Below, piece after piece: positions 1-9,823 of a DNA stretch of 47,165 bases. The stretch's first letter is position 1. Every line of letters starts with the position of its first letter. Below the pieces are notes generated by a model that had not been told where the DNA came from, did not search any database, and saw only the letters and a program-made list of their open reading frames with translations. Both the position numbers and the translations under genes were made by a program. The stretch spans positions 1-47,165 of the forward strand of contig JASEHT010000001.1 in assembly GCA_030018675.1 (NCBI GenBank), read 5' to 3'. The DNA comes from Smithella sp. Lineage in GTDB: Bacteria; Desulfobacterota; Syntrophia; Syntrophales; Smithellaceae.

Positions 1-2402
1 TAGCAGTGGAAACATTGTTCTGTTCTTGTAATAATCTCATCCTGAATCTTGTTATCAAGATCAACGTAGTAAGCCGAGTATCCGGCCACTCTGACAATCA
101 AGCTCTTATAGTTTTCAGGTACTATTTTCGCATCCATTAAAGTCTCTTTGCTCACGCAGTTAAACTGCACGTGATGAAGTCCCATATCGCGGACGGTCTT
201 CAAGTATCCCCTCATGAGTTCATAATTCTCCGGATCAAAGAATACCGGCATGAACTTCTGATTCAGGAGCATATTACCGGTCTTAAGAGGATCAACCTTC
301 GCAACTGATCTAATTGTAGCGGTTGGGCCGGTCATGTCTCTGCCCTGAACAGGAGAGATTGTCCCATCATGAAGCGGCTCATTGGACATTCTTCCGTCAA
401 ATGTTGCCGGCATTAACATTCCCGCATTGATAGGTCCGGAAGCTGTCGTGCCGTCAATCATATAGGGCTTGCCGTACATATCCAAATTCCTATTGCATTC
501 GTATTGGACATACACCATAATATCTCTGGCGATCATATCGACATAGTCATTATCATTGCCGAACCTGGGTACTTCCTGCTCAATCATCCGACGAATCTTA
601 TCGCGGCTTTCTCCCTCAAAATTGTAAACGACCGCATCATTAAATTCTTCCAATGTTATCTTCTTCTTCTCAAATACCAGCATCTTTATCGCGGCAAGGC
701 CATCGGCAACGTTGTTGCATCCGAAAATAAGGTGGTGACGCAATCCCAAATATTCCCAATCCCTCATATCGCATCCCTTCTCAATGTTGCCTTCCAGAAT
801 TGCCGACAAGAAAGGACGAGGAACATATTTCTTCTGAAGAGCGTCCCCCAGACTGGATAGTTGAGTCAATGCCATGATGCCGAATTTTACATGTTCACAG
901 AAGGCCTTCCATACATCATCGTATGATTTTATTTCAGATAGAGGAGTTGTTTTGATACCCATTTGCATGCTCATTACTTTTCCTCCATCCACCGCCATAT
1001 TCAGACACATGGGAAGAAGCAAAGACCCTCCATGGCCCGCACGATAATGAATATTCTTACCCGGAATAACCGGCTGCATGCAGTTGTTGATGCTGTAAGC
1101 CCTGGCATCCTCTACGGTAGCGCCGATACCCATCAGCCTTGGGATGTTGACTTTATCGTTAAACATGGCCGGCTGAGAACAACCGGTGCGGACGCACTTG
1201 AAAACGGCGTTAAAAAGCTCATCTGACGTGTTGTCGTGCATGCGAACCGCTATCTGCGGAGCAACCGTCTGCAATTCACCCGTAACCTCCAGAGCGATAT
1301 AGGTTATCTCATTCGTAATATCGAGGCCAAATTCATCAACACCGCTCAAGGTCATTGTCTGCCAGCCCAATCCGCCACCACCGTTGTTTACCCACGCCGG
1401 AGGCTGAACGTATCCGCCTTCCTGCATCTTGACCCATATCGCTTCAATTAATTCCTTGGCGCCGTCTCTCGTAATGACGCCGTTTTTTAAATCATTTTCA
1501 TAATACGGGTATAATACCTTATCAAAGCGAATGCCGTTACCGACCTGGGGGACATCAATATAGTTAACGAAAAAGTTAATAAGAATAAAGCTCTGAATGG
1601 CCTCATGCAAATTCCTTGCTGGCTCTGCCGGTACGCGATTACATACCTCTATCATCTTGTCGAGCTCTTTTACTCTCTTGGGATCTTTAATATTCTTCTT
1701 CTCATCCTCAAGAAGTTTGGCATATCGCTTGCCCCATCTGGCCATTGCTTCGCATGATATTTTCATCGCGCGCAGTTCATCAAGCATATCCATGCGCTTT
1801 TCGATCTGAATGGAAAGATCACTTATTACCTCATCAAATCTCTTATCAATTTGAGCTATTATCCCATTTAAGCCTACTTTCATAACCTTTTCAAAATCAG
1901 GTGTGCACATCTCCCACTGCCAGGTCCATGCTGCTGACGGCGACTGTCCAATCTTCCACGGTATCCAGTCAGGAACGTAATCTCTCTCTCTCCCCTGAAT
2001 GCTGTAATTCTCCCAATATTTAAATTGTTCCTTCAGTTCTTTTCTATCCTTTTCATCAACCATTTCGGCATAGTTTTCAAATTTGTCCATGGTTTTAGAC
2101 AACCACCGGAAATAAAGTTCCGGATAATAGGGTACGCTTGCCTCCGTACTGGCAAAGCAGCCCACCAGAAGCTCGTTCGGTCTTGTATAAAGAGTCATGG
2201 TGTCCAAATATTCCGCTAAACCCTTGGCTCTCCTTATCGCAGTAAATTCTCCCTCTGTTTCTTTATACACCTTAGTCATTGCCCTGGAACGCTCCAAACA
2301 AATCCGCATGCCGGACTTAACTGATCTGCTGTCTGATACACGGCCCAATGTTTTGAGATGTGTTTCATCTCTTAATATTATATTTCTCTTTGTAGCTGGC
2401 AT
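1..2402 (-). CDS. Glycyl radical enzyme (PFL2/dehydratase-like architecture), substrate unassigned; C-terminal end cut by the window edge (800 codons + 2 nt)
   Basis: Absent from the ORF track because no stop lies in the window. My translation of the minus strand from ATG 2402 (AGGAGG at 2413-2418, about 10 nt upstream) stays open to position 1. The C-terminus ...SLIVRVAGYSAYYVDLDNKIQDEIITRTEQCFHC carries the glycyl-radical motif RVxG[FY]. Internal SINNCMQP is the thiyl-Cys loop, and VPRFGNDNDYVD is also present. Confidence 0.85.
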   Translation of the reverse strand, partial: MPATKRNIILRDETHLKTLGRVSDSRSVKSGMRICLERSRAMTKVYKETEGEFTAIRRAKGLAEYLDTMTLYTRPNELLVGCFASTEASVPYYPELYFRWLSKTMDKFENYAEMVDEKDRKELKEQFKYWENYSIQGRERDYVPDWIPWKIGQSPSAAWTWQWEMCTPDFEKVMKVGLNGIIAQIDKRFDEVISDLSIQIEKRMDMLDELRAMKISCEAMARWGKRYAKLLEDEKKNIKDPKRVKELDKMIEVCNRVPAEPARNLHEAIQSFILINFFVNYIDVPQVGNGIRFDKVLYPYYENDLKNGVITRDGAKELIEAIWVKMQEGGYVQPPAWVNNGGGGLGWQTMTLSGVDEFGLDITNEITYIALEVTGELQTVAPQIAVRMHDNTSDELFNAVFKCVRTGCSQPAMFNDKVNIPRLMGIGATVEDARAYSINNCMQPVIPGKNIHYRAGHGGSLLLPMCLNMAVDGGKVMSMQMGIKTTPLSEIKSYDDVWKAFCEHVKFGIMALTQLSSLGDALQKKYVPRPFLSAILEGNIEKGCDMRDWEYLGLRHHLIFGCNNVADGLAAIKMLVFEKKKITLEEFNDAVVYNFEGESRDKIRRMIEQEVPRFGNDNDYVDMIARDIMVYVQYECNRNLDMYGKPYMIDGTTASGPINAGMLMPATFDGRMSNEPLHDGTISPVQGRDMTGPTATIRSVAKVDPLKTGNMLLNQKFMPVFFDPENYELMRGYLKTVRDMGLHHVQFNCVSKETLMDAKIVPENYKSLIVRVAGYSAYYVDLDNKIQDEIITRTEQCFHC

Positions 2403-2475
2403 AATGATAAAACCTCCTTTTTTATGAACGAATGTATTTAAATCTATAGTTGTGTGTTGTTAATGTGAATACACC

Positions 2476-2491
2476 AGCAAGAAGAATGCCA
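2476..2491 (-). promoter_or_regulatory. sigma-54 (-24/-12) promoter for the orphan GRE
   Basis: The minus strand reads TGGCATTCTTCTTGCT. GG and GC have the canonical 10-nt spacing (consensus TGGCAC-N5-TTGCW). The motif lies about 75 nt upstream of ATG 2402. Confidence 0.7.
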
Positions 2492-2567
2492 AAGATATGT
2501 GCTCTAATTATTAGATTTTTAACCTCTTTTTCAAGTAACTTAAAAATTAGGTTATAAACATCTTCTT

Positions 2568-2600
2568 ATGGGACATATTTGGCCAATAATTAGCACCCAT
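2568..2600. promoter_or_regulatory. Putative enhancer-binding-protein site (UAS), copy 1
   Basis: ATGGGACATATTTGGCCAATAATTAGCACCCAT lies about 80 nt upstream of the sigma-54 promoter. It is the same ATGGGACA...CCCAT pseudo-palindrome as at 24678 and 35441, with a 3-nt longer spacer. Confidence 0.5.
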
Positions 2601-2640
2601 TAAAAAGCCGTTTTTTTATGAATTCGGTAATATCACGAAA

Positions 2641-2891
2641 TCACGGGTATGAACCCCAAAGCAAGCTATGGAAACAATTCCGCAGCAAGCTGCGGGGTAT
2701 TCTACCCATGCTTAGGCACAATAATGCGATCTACAATTTTCAGTGCACTGTGTTTCTAAAACCAGGATCTCATTATCCTCCGCTGTGTGGGATTATTCGA
2801 CTTACAAATTTCAATACACCTATTAGTGACCCTACAGTGCCCTTGAGGGTATTTAGGTTATTTGTTTTTGAAATTTGAGTCTCACAATAAA
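2641..2891 (+). repeat. Multi-hairpin intergenic element, copy A
   Basis: Starts TCACGGGTATGAACCCC and ends AAATTTGAGTCTCACAATAAA. Contains hairpins CCGCAG-CAAG-CTGCGG (2680-2695) and GGGTA-TTC-TACCC (2695-2707). It is related to the inverted copy at 40694-40991. Confidence 0.6.
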
Positions 2892-3069
2892 GATATGTCG
2901 CAGCACGTTCGAAACGTTAGAAACTTTGATGAGGGAATTTATGCCTATATCGGCTCCACAGTTTCAAGATAGTGCATAAAAAGCTATTCAAAAAACTCCT
3001 ATCATCAAGAACTGAGGTAGGTTATTGTCTGTCTAATTGGAAAATGATTTTGACATTAATATTATAAAG

Positions 3070-4401
3070 TCAAGATCGCTTTAGCGCCATTTTAGTTCGA
3101 TCGATTATGTCGTCTAATTCATCCAAGGTGGTGCATAAAGGCAGAAAAAGATAAATGACATTGGCCAGCGGACGGAGGATTAAGTTCAGATCCAATCCCC
3201 GTCGATAAATGCCGCGGATTGCGTCGTGCGCCGCCAGCGGTGTTTTGGCGGCCTTGTCGCCCACCAGTTCCAGAGCCGCCACGGTGCCGATGACGCGCGC
3301 ATCTCCCACCAGCGGATGTTCGCTGAAATCATTAATCGCCCGGGTGAGCCTTTCGGAAAGCACCTGCACATGGTCCAGCGTTTTTTCCTCCTCGAAAATA
3401 TCCAGAGAAGCCAGCGCCGTACTGCAGCCGATAGGATTGGCCGTGTAGGTATGACCATGGTAGAAGGTCTTGTCGCTGCCTAACGGGCCGCAAAAGGCGT
3501 CGAAAACATTTTGCGTGGTCATGGTCGCGGCAAGCGGCATAATGCCGCCGGTCAGGCCTTTCGACAGGCATAGAAAATCGGGGCTGACTTTAGCCTGTTC
3601 GCAGGCGAACATGGTGCCCGTGCGCCCGAAGCCGGTGGCCACTTCATCGAGAATCAGGTGAACATCGAAGCCGCGCGCCAGGCGCGCGGCTTGGGCCAGA
3701 TAGTCTGCGGGGTAAATAATCATTCCGCCGGCGCCCATGAGCAGCGGCTCCAGGATGATTGCCGCAGTGGTTGCGGCGTGCTCGCGTAGCGTATCTTCCA
3801 GAAGTTTTGCGCATGCCGTATTGCACTTGTCATTTTCCAGTCCCAGCGGACAACGGTAACAGTAAGGTGTCGGAATTTTGCGCGCCGGAAACATCAGCGG
3901 GGTAAAGGCCTGCACAAAGGGCCCATCGCCGCTCACGCTCATGCAGCCGACCGTATCGCCGTGATAGGCGCGATCCAGCGCGATGAATCCGTTTTTTTCC
4001 GGACGGCCGCCATTGCGCCAGTATTGCAGCGACATCTTGAGAGCAACTTCTACCGCCGTCGAACCGTTGTCGGAGTAGAAAATTCTGCTCAAGCCTGAAG
4101 GCGCGATGCCCGCCAGACGTTCGGCCAATTCGATGGCGGGTTTGTGCGTGAACCCGGCGAAGAGCGTGTGGTCGAGTTTTTCCAACTGGCCGGTGATGGC
4201 TTTCTTCAATTTGGGATGCCCGTGTCCATGAATATTGCACCACCAGCTGGAAATTGTGTCGTAGTACCAGCGGCCGGAGGAGTCGCAGATTTTGATGCCC
4301 TCCGCGCGCTCAATCAAGAGCGGTGGATTATCCCGGAGCGTCGACATCTGGGTGTAGGGATGCCAGTTATGGGCAAGGTCTTTTTCAAGCCAGTTGTTCA
4401 T
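3070..4401 (-). CDS. bioA: Adenosylmethionine-8-amino-7-oxononanoate aminotransferase
   Basis: Class-III aminotransferase sequence in a bioBFDA context. I place the start at ATG 4401 (GAGAGGAG 5 nt upstream; the track uses the upstream GTG 4419). It overlaps the bioD stop as ATGA. Confidence 0.85.
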   Translation of the reverse strand: MNNWLEKDLAHNWHPYTQMSTLRDNPPLLIERAEGIKICDSSGRWYYDTISSWWCNIHGHGHPKLKKAITGQLEKLDHTLFAGFTHKPAIELAERLAGIAPSGLSRIFYSDNGSTAVEVALKMSLQYWRNGGRPEKNGFIALDRAYHGDTVGCMSVSGDGPFVQAFTPLMFPARKIPTPYCYRCPLGLENDKCNTACAKLLEDTLREHAATTAAIILEPLLMGAGGMIIYPADYLAQAARLARGFDVHLILDEVATGFGRTGTMFACEQAKVSPDFLCLSKGLTGGIMPLAATMTTQNVFDAFCGPLGSDKTFYHGHTYTANPIGCSTALASLDIFEEEKTLDHVQVLSERLTRAINDFSEHPLVGDARVIGTVAALELVGDKAAKTPLAAHDAIRGIYRRGLDLNLILRPLANVIYLFLPLCTTLDELDDIIDRTKMALKRS

Positions 4402-5108
4402 TGGTGCTCCTCTCTCCACAATCGGTAAAAGGCCGCGCCGATAGGCGCGAATCTAACTTGGGCTTCTTCCGGACCGGTCACAAAAGGCATTTCGCCCAAG
4501 ACCGGCACGTTCGAGAATTGGCTGATGACACTGATGTTATCACTAAGAATTGTCTCATCGCCTAAATTTGCGATGCGGTTGAATATCAGTCCCCCTACGC
4601 GAATGCTCCTGCCAGCAAGCGCTTCGACGGTGAGCAGCGTGTGGTTGATGGCGCCGAGACGGTTTCCGGCCACAATCAGCACGGGCATTTTAAGACGCGC
4701 CGCCATGTCGGCCATCAACATTTCTTCGTTGAGGGGAACCAGCGCTCCGCCCGATCCCTCGACTAAAACCACATCGAAGTGCCGCTCTAGAGTAATTAAT
4801 GCTTCCTCAATTCGCGCCGCTTTTATTTCCACGCCGTGACTTTTAGCCGCCAGATGCGGCGACGCGGCGTAGGGAAGTGAGTAGGGGCATCGCAGTTCTT
4901 TCAAATTCGGCATTTGAGCCTCAAAGACAGGCAATGTTAAATTATGTTCGCGGATATCGTCGCTTTCGGCGCAGCCTGTTTGCACCCATTTCTGAGTAAT
5001 CACATTCAGGCCGCGGGACTGCAAATAGACGGCCAGATGGCGGCAGATAATCGTTTTACCCACGCCTGTATCCGTGCCGGTAATCAATATGCTGCGTGTT
5101 CGGGTCAT
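4398..5108 (-). CDS. bioD: Dethiobiotin synthetase
   Basis: 236 aa with the N-terminal P-loop ITGTDTGVGKT. ATGA overlaps on both sides with bioF and bioA. Confidence 0.85.
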   Translation of the reverse strand: MTRTRSILITGTDTGVGKTIICRHLAVYLQSRGLNVITQKWVQTGCAESDDIREHNLTLPVFEAQMPNLKELRCPYSLPYAASPHLAAKSHGVEIKAARIEEALITLERHFDVVLVEGSGGALVPLNEEMLMADMAARLKMPVLIVAGNRLGAINHTLLTVEALAGRSIRVGGLIFNRIANLGDETILSDNISVISQFSNVPVLGEMPFVTGPEEAQVRFAPIGAAFYRLWREEHQ

Positions 5109-6274
5109 CTGCCGGTCTCCGAATTGTCCTTCAATTCCTTCAATGCCTGCGCCAGCGCGCTCAAATCTTTTTGGGCATGATCATAGCAAAGCGAAAGCCT
5201 GAACCTGGCCGTGCCTTCCGGCACACTCGGCGGCCGAATGGGCAGGACATAAAATCCCTTCGACTGCAGCGTTTTGGCCAGCGTAATCGCGGTCTTACTT
5301 TCGCCCACCATGACCGGAACTATCTGACTTTCCCCATTTACCGACCACCCGGCCTTGCTTGCGGCCTGCCGGAATTTCTCGGCACGGGCAAGAAGTTTCT
5401 GCCCCCGCCACGGCTCCTCCCTCAAGACATTGATGGCCGCCAGATTGGCGGCAACAATGGCCGGAGGCAGCGCCGTGGAATAAATGAAACTGCGCGCCTT
5501 GTTGATTAGATAATCGGTTACATTACGCGAGCTCGCGAGATAGGCGCCGAAACCGCCGAGGGCCTTGCTGAACGTGCCCATCACGAGATCTACCTGGTCG
5601 TTTAAATTCAGGGCATCCACCCGGCCGCGTCCCTCACTGCCGAAAACTCCGGTGGCATGCGCCTCATCCACCATCAAAAGGCAGTCGTAGCGCTCCTTCA
5701 AATCTACAAGCTCACGCAGCGGTGCCAGGTCACCGTCCATGCTGAATACGGATTCGGTCAGAATCAACGCACGTTCAAACCGGGAACGCTTTATTTTCAG
5801 CAGTTCTTCCAGATGTCCGATGTCGTTGTGCCGGAAGGGAAATTTATCGGCGCGAGAGAGAATGACGCCGTCTATCTGGCTGGCGTGGCATAAAGCGTCC
5901 GAGAAAATGGCGTCGCCTTTTCCCGCGATTGCCGAAATAATGCCGAGATTGGCCTGATAGCCGCTGTTGAAAACAAGGGCGCTTTCCTTGCGCTTGAAAG
6001 ATGCTACCGCTTCTTCCAATTCATGGTGCAGCCGGTAATCGCCGCTTAACAGACGCGATGCGCCTGCACCTACACCGTGTTTTTTCAGAGCCAGTTTTGC
6101 TGCCTGGACAAGCCGCGGATGGTGGGAAAGTCCCAGATAGTCATTTGAAGAAAAATCAATTAAACGTTCCTGCTGCCGGAATATGTTTCCCTGTTCGCGT
6201 GATTCGACAGGCTGGAGCTCTCGCAGAATACCTTCTTCCCTGCGCCGGGACAAATATTTTTTTATTCTGTCCAT
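5105..6274 (-). CDS. bioF: 8-amino-7-oxononanoate synthase (alpha-oxoamine synthase family)
   Basis: 389 aa. PLP-enzyme motifs MVDEAHATG and GTFSKALG, in bio operon context. Confidence 0.85.
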   Translation of the reverse strand: MDRIKKYLSRRREEGILRELQPVESREQGNIFRQQERLIDFSSNDYLGLSHHPRLVQAAKLALKKHGVGAGASRLLSGDYRLHHELEEAVASFKRKESALVFNSGYQANLGIISAIAGKGDAIFSDALCHASQIDGVILSRADKFPFRHNDIGHLEELLKIKRSRFERALILTESVFSMDGDLAPLRELVDLKERYDCLLMVDEAHATGVFGSEGRGRVDALNLNDQVDLVMGTFSKALGGFGAYLASSRNVTDYLINKARSFIYSTALPPAIVAANLAAINVLREEPWRGQKLLARAEKFRQAASKAGWSVNGESQIVPVMVGESKTAITLAKTLQSKGFYVLPIRPPSVPEGTARFRLSLCYDHAQKDLSALAQALKELKDNSETGR

Positions 6275-7167
6275 GCCCGTCGAATCTCCTCAGCCAGCTT
6301 TTTATCCTCTTCGACCGGACGGCCACGCTTCGTCAGATAGCCGCCGACCATCATCGCGTTGGCGCCGGACATAAAGGCCATTCCCTGAAAGTCTTTAAGA
6401 TGGTTTTCCCGTCCTGCAGCCAGCCGGATTACTTTGTCCGGTAGCGCGATACGGAAGATGGCAATGGTCTTGAGTGCTTCGCCGACACTAATGGGGGCAA
6501 TTCCGGTAAGCGGAGTGCCGTCTACTGGTAGCAGGATGTTTATCGGCATCGAATCCACATCCAGCTCCTTGAGCGTCATCACCATCGAGACGCGGTCGGC
6601 CCGCGACTCGCCCATGCCGATCATACCGCCGCTGCATGTGGAGAGTCCGGCCACGACGGCACGTTTGATGGTCGCAACACGCTCATCGAAAGTGTGCGTG
6701 CCGACAATAGTCGGAAAAAACTCCCGCGATGTTTCGATGTTGTGATGGTAGCGGCTGACGCCCGCGTCTTTAAGCAGGCACATCATGTCGTAGCTCAGAC
6801 TGCCCAGCGAGACGCACACCCCGATGTCCGTCCGGTGCCTTATTTCCGCAGCAGCCTCCGCGACCCGCGCGACATCATCCGCGTTAAGCTTGTGGCCGCT
6901 CGTCACAATGCCGAAGCGGCTGCTCCCGGCATCGCGGGCAACGAGTGCGCTCTCCACGATTTCTTGTTTGCTAACCAGTCCATAAACCGGTGCCTCCGTT
7001 TCATAATGGACCGATTGCGCGCAAAATTTGCAGTCCTCACCGCACCGGCCGGATTTGGCGTTAATGATTGTACATGTCTCCAACGCGTTGCCCGTATGAT
7101 CACGCCTTATCTTGTCTGCCATTGCCGCCAGTTGGGCCAAGGGCAGATTGTAATGACTTAGCAGCAT
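6262..7167 (-). CDS. bioB: Biotin synthase (radical SAM)
   Basis: 301 aa. Carries the CGEDCKFC CxxxCxxC motif, and its length and context are typical of BioB. Confidence 0.85.
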   Translation of the reverse strand: MLLSHYNLPLAQLAAMADKIRRDHTGNALETCTIINAKSGRCGEDCKFCAQSVHYETEAPVYGLVSKQEIVESALVARDAGSSRFGIVTSGHKLNADDVARVAEAAAEIRHRTDIGVCVSLGSLSYDMMCLLKDAGVSRYHHNIETSREFFPTIVGTHTFDERVATIKRAVVAGLSTCSGGMIGMGESRADRVSMVMTLKELDVDSMPINILLPVDGTPLTGIAPISVGEALKTIAIFRIALPDKVIRLAAGRENHLKDFQGMAFMSGANAMMVGGYLTKRGRPVEEDKKLAEEIRRAWTE

Positions 7168-7174
7168 AAATTTC

Positions 7175-8749
7175 TCAAGTGGACCAGAACCACTTGCAAC
7201 CTTTCTCGGAAATATCGGCTCTCAAATAACCACGCCAGGCGAAATCACGGATAGTATCATCAACTATCTTGGCATTCGCATTTGTATATTCTCTTATTCT
7301 CCGGCTAAGTTCCCGCAAAGTGCTGTCCGCGGAACCTTTCAATAAAGGTTGCTCGATAAAGCCGCTTTTTTCGATAATGTTGTTTTTCAGAATTTGATAT
7401 GTCAATTTCATGCGCCAGCGGCCTTCAACACGCATTATATCTTCAACATCCGCTTTCCCTTCATGATATCTGACCTCAATTTTATTCCAGTCGGTTTCCA
7501 TTTCTTCATCATATCTGTGGCCGAATTCATGCATATCCTGAGGACGCAGGGCCGAAGTCTTCACAATAGCGTCATTGGCATCGTAACGATTCCAATCATC
7601 CGTTATGATTTCCAGATCATAATCCTGAATTTTTTCCCGAACTGTCGTGCCGGGAAAAGGCGCCAGAAAATGGTAGCCGTAAATAGCTTTTGTGCTTCTT
7701 GCGAACTTGTCTGTTTCCTCCAGAGTATCTTTTGTTTCCCCAGGTAAGCCAATAATGAAAGAGGCATGAGCAATCATTCCCGCCTGCTGGCACATTTTCA
7801 CTGCCGCATTAACCTGTTCCAGATTTATTCCTTTCTTTATTCGCTTGAGTATCTCCGTATTTCCCGTTTCAACTCCGAAACTGACGCTGTCACAACCGGC
7901 CTGGGCCATAAGATCGAATACTTCCTGGCTTATAGTATCCACGCGGGAAAAAGCGCTCCAAACGAATTTCAAAGAACGCTCTTTAATTCCCGTACATATT
8001 TCTTTGACCCGCTCTTTATCGGCAGTAAAAAGATCATCAGCTATGTTAATGCGATCAAAGCCATAACCGATTATTGTTTCTATTTCATCAAGAACAAGGC
8101 TGGAATTTCTTTTACGAACTTTGGAACCGACCATCTTGCGCCCCAGACAAAAAATACAGGAATATGGACAACCCCTACCGGTTATTAAACTGACGGGAAA
8201 TCCCAACGCCCGGTAACGCGAAAGGGGCAATAAATGACGTGCCGGCAGGGAAATGCTGTCGATATCGGCAATGAAATCCCTCTTCCCTGTAATAATTATT
8301 TCATCACCGTTACGGTAAGCAATTCCGCGTATGTTATGCCACTTGTTTTTTTGATTCATCACGGGAACAAGTTCGGCTATCGTATCTTCCCCTTCTCCTA
8401 TAACAATCAAATCTATTTCCGGATACTGCTTCAAAGTATCCATAGAAGTAAATGACACATGAGGACCACCCATCATTGTAATTATTTCCGGATTGTAATT
8501 TTTTACATCGCGAATAATCTGCTGAGCTTCATAGAAGTTCATCGTTACGGAAGTTGCACCGACCACGTCAGGCCGGAAAGCGTCCAGTTGCTTTTTCAGA
8601 TTTTCTTTAGTGTAGGAACTAACAATATAATCAAATATTTCAACTTCCGCTCCGGCAGCCTCGAATGCCGCGGCTACGTAAGTAACACCAAGCGGCGGAG
8701 AAGGCATTTCCTCCAGCGGATAAGGCGGCGCAATGATAGCGATACGCAT
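7175..8749 (-). CDS. Class-B (cobalamin-binding domain) radical SAM protein, function unknown
   Basis: 524 aa. N-terminal B12-binding-like Rossmann region (MRIAIIAPP...GGPH) followed by GRGCPYSCIFC (CxxxCxxC). Its stop lies 7 nt upstream of the bioB start. Confidence 0.75.
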   Translation of the reverse strand: MRIAIIAPPYPLEEMPSPPLGVTYVAAAFEAAGAEVEIFDYIVSSYTKENLKKQLDAFRPDVVGATSVTMNFYEAQQIIRDVKNYNPEIITMMGGPHVSFTSMDTLKQYPEIDLIVIGEGEDTIAELVPVMNQKNKWHNIRGIAYRNGDEIIITGKRDFIADIDSISLPARHLLPLSRYRALGFPVSLITGRGCPYSCIFCLGRKMVGSKVRKRNSSLVLDEIETIIGYGFDRINIADDLFTADKERVKEICTGIKERSLKFVWSAFSRVDTISQEVFDLMAQAGCDSVSFGVETGNTEILKRIKKGINLEQVNAAVKMCQQAGMIAHASFIIGLPGETKDTLEETDKFARSTKAIYGYHFLAPFPGTTVREKIQDYDLEIITDDWNRYDANDAIVKTSALRPQDMHEFGHRYDEEMETDWNKIEVRYHEGKADVEDIMRVEGRWRMKLTYQILKNNIIEKSGFIEQPLLKGSADSTLRELSRRIREYTNANAKIVDDTIRDFAWRGYLRADISEKGCKWFWST

Positions 8750-9031
8750 TTTTAAATCTCCTTGACGAGGAAAAATAAGCGACCTGAGGCGGCTGACAAG
8801 TCAATTCCCCGGTCTTCTTTTGTATAGAAGCGATGAACGCGATAATCTTTTTTGACGCAATCGGATTTATTTCTTCACTAAAGGAAAGTTTTAGTTGCAT
8901 TTAATCTGTCAGCGTTCTCATTCCCACGGACTCCGTTCCGGAATCACGATTATCAGGCGGTGAGGACGCCAGAGAGTAAGTTCGTCCAAAACTATCTGCA
9001 TACAATCTACATTATACCACTCATGAAAAAA

Positions 9032-9823
9032 TCAATTCCCTTTAAAGAGCGGCTCTCTTTTCTCAAGAAAGGCACCGAATCCTTCGACAATATCATTGCT
9101 CTTCATACACACTTCCAATACGTACGATTCGTAATCAAGGGCCTGCTCAAGGTCCCACTGTTGAAATTTCTGGAGTCCGCGCTTGGCAAAGGCAATGGGT
9201 ATGGGGGCATTCTTGGCTATGCGCAGGGCAAATTGTTTTACGGAGCTTTCAAACTCATCATGCGGAAACACTTTATTGACCAATCCGATGCGAAATGCCT
9301 CAGCCGCATCAATGATCTCAGCAGAAAATATGAGTTCGGTCGCTTTGGAATATCCCACAAGCTGCGGCAGGAAATATACACCGCCCCAATCCGGATGCAC
9401 GCCTCTTTTGGTGAAAATTTGGCTGAACCGGGCTTTGTCACTTGCCAGTCTGATGTCACAGGCAAGAGCCAGATTGCAGCCGCCTCCCGCGGCAACACCA
9501 TTCACTGCAGCAATAACCGGTTTTTCCATCCGGTTGATGGAAAGCACTGCCTTGCACATGGCGTGTCTCTCATTGGATACCGCAGGAGCCAGAGCTTGGG
9601 TAGTGCCTGCCCCAAATTCTCCGACATCTCCGCCGGTGCAAAATGCCTTGCCCGCTCCGGTAATTACCACAACCCGAACATCTTTATCAACAGCGACTCC
9701 TTCCAGAACCTCGACAATCTCCTGGCGCATCTTACCGCCAAAAGCATTCATCCTTTCGGGTCTGTTCAGGGTGATGAAAGCTATATTGTCCGCCACATTA
9801 AGAAGCACATGATCCCAACTCAT
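9032..9823 (-). CDS. Enoyl-CoA hydratase/isomerase (crotonase) family
   Basis: The crotonase core reads LNRPERMNAF...VVITGAGKAFCTGGD. I place the start at ATG 9823 (MSWDH..., GGAGGA at 9829-9834), overlapping the upstream stop as ATGA. The track ORF is over-extended to 9946. Confidence 0.85.
   Translation of the reverse strand: MSWDHVLLNVADNIAFITLNRPERMNAFGGKMRQEIVEVLEGVAVDKDVRVVVITGAGKAFCTGGDVGEFGAGTTQALAPAVSNERHAMCKAVLSINRMEKPVIAAVNGVAAGGGCNLALACDIRLASDKARFSQIFTKRGVHPDWGGVYFLPQLVGYSKATELIFSAEIIDAAEAFRIGLVNKVFPHDEFESSVKQFALRIAKNAPIPIAFAKRGLQKFQQWDLEQALDYESYVLEVCMKSNDIVEGFGAFLEKREPLFKGN

Noticed and set aside
2618-2878. 86-aa ORF (and the analogous 87-aa ORF 40796..41059)
   Set aside because: Both lie entirely inside the two copies of the hairpin-rich repeat. 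Their peptide similarity only reflects the repeat, so I treat them as non-coding.
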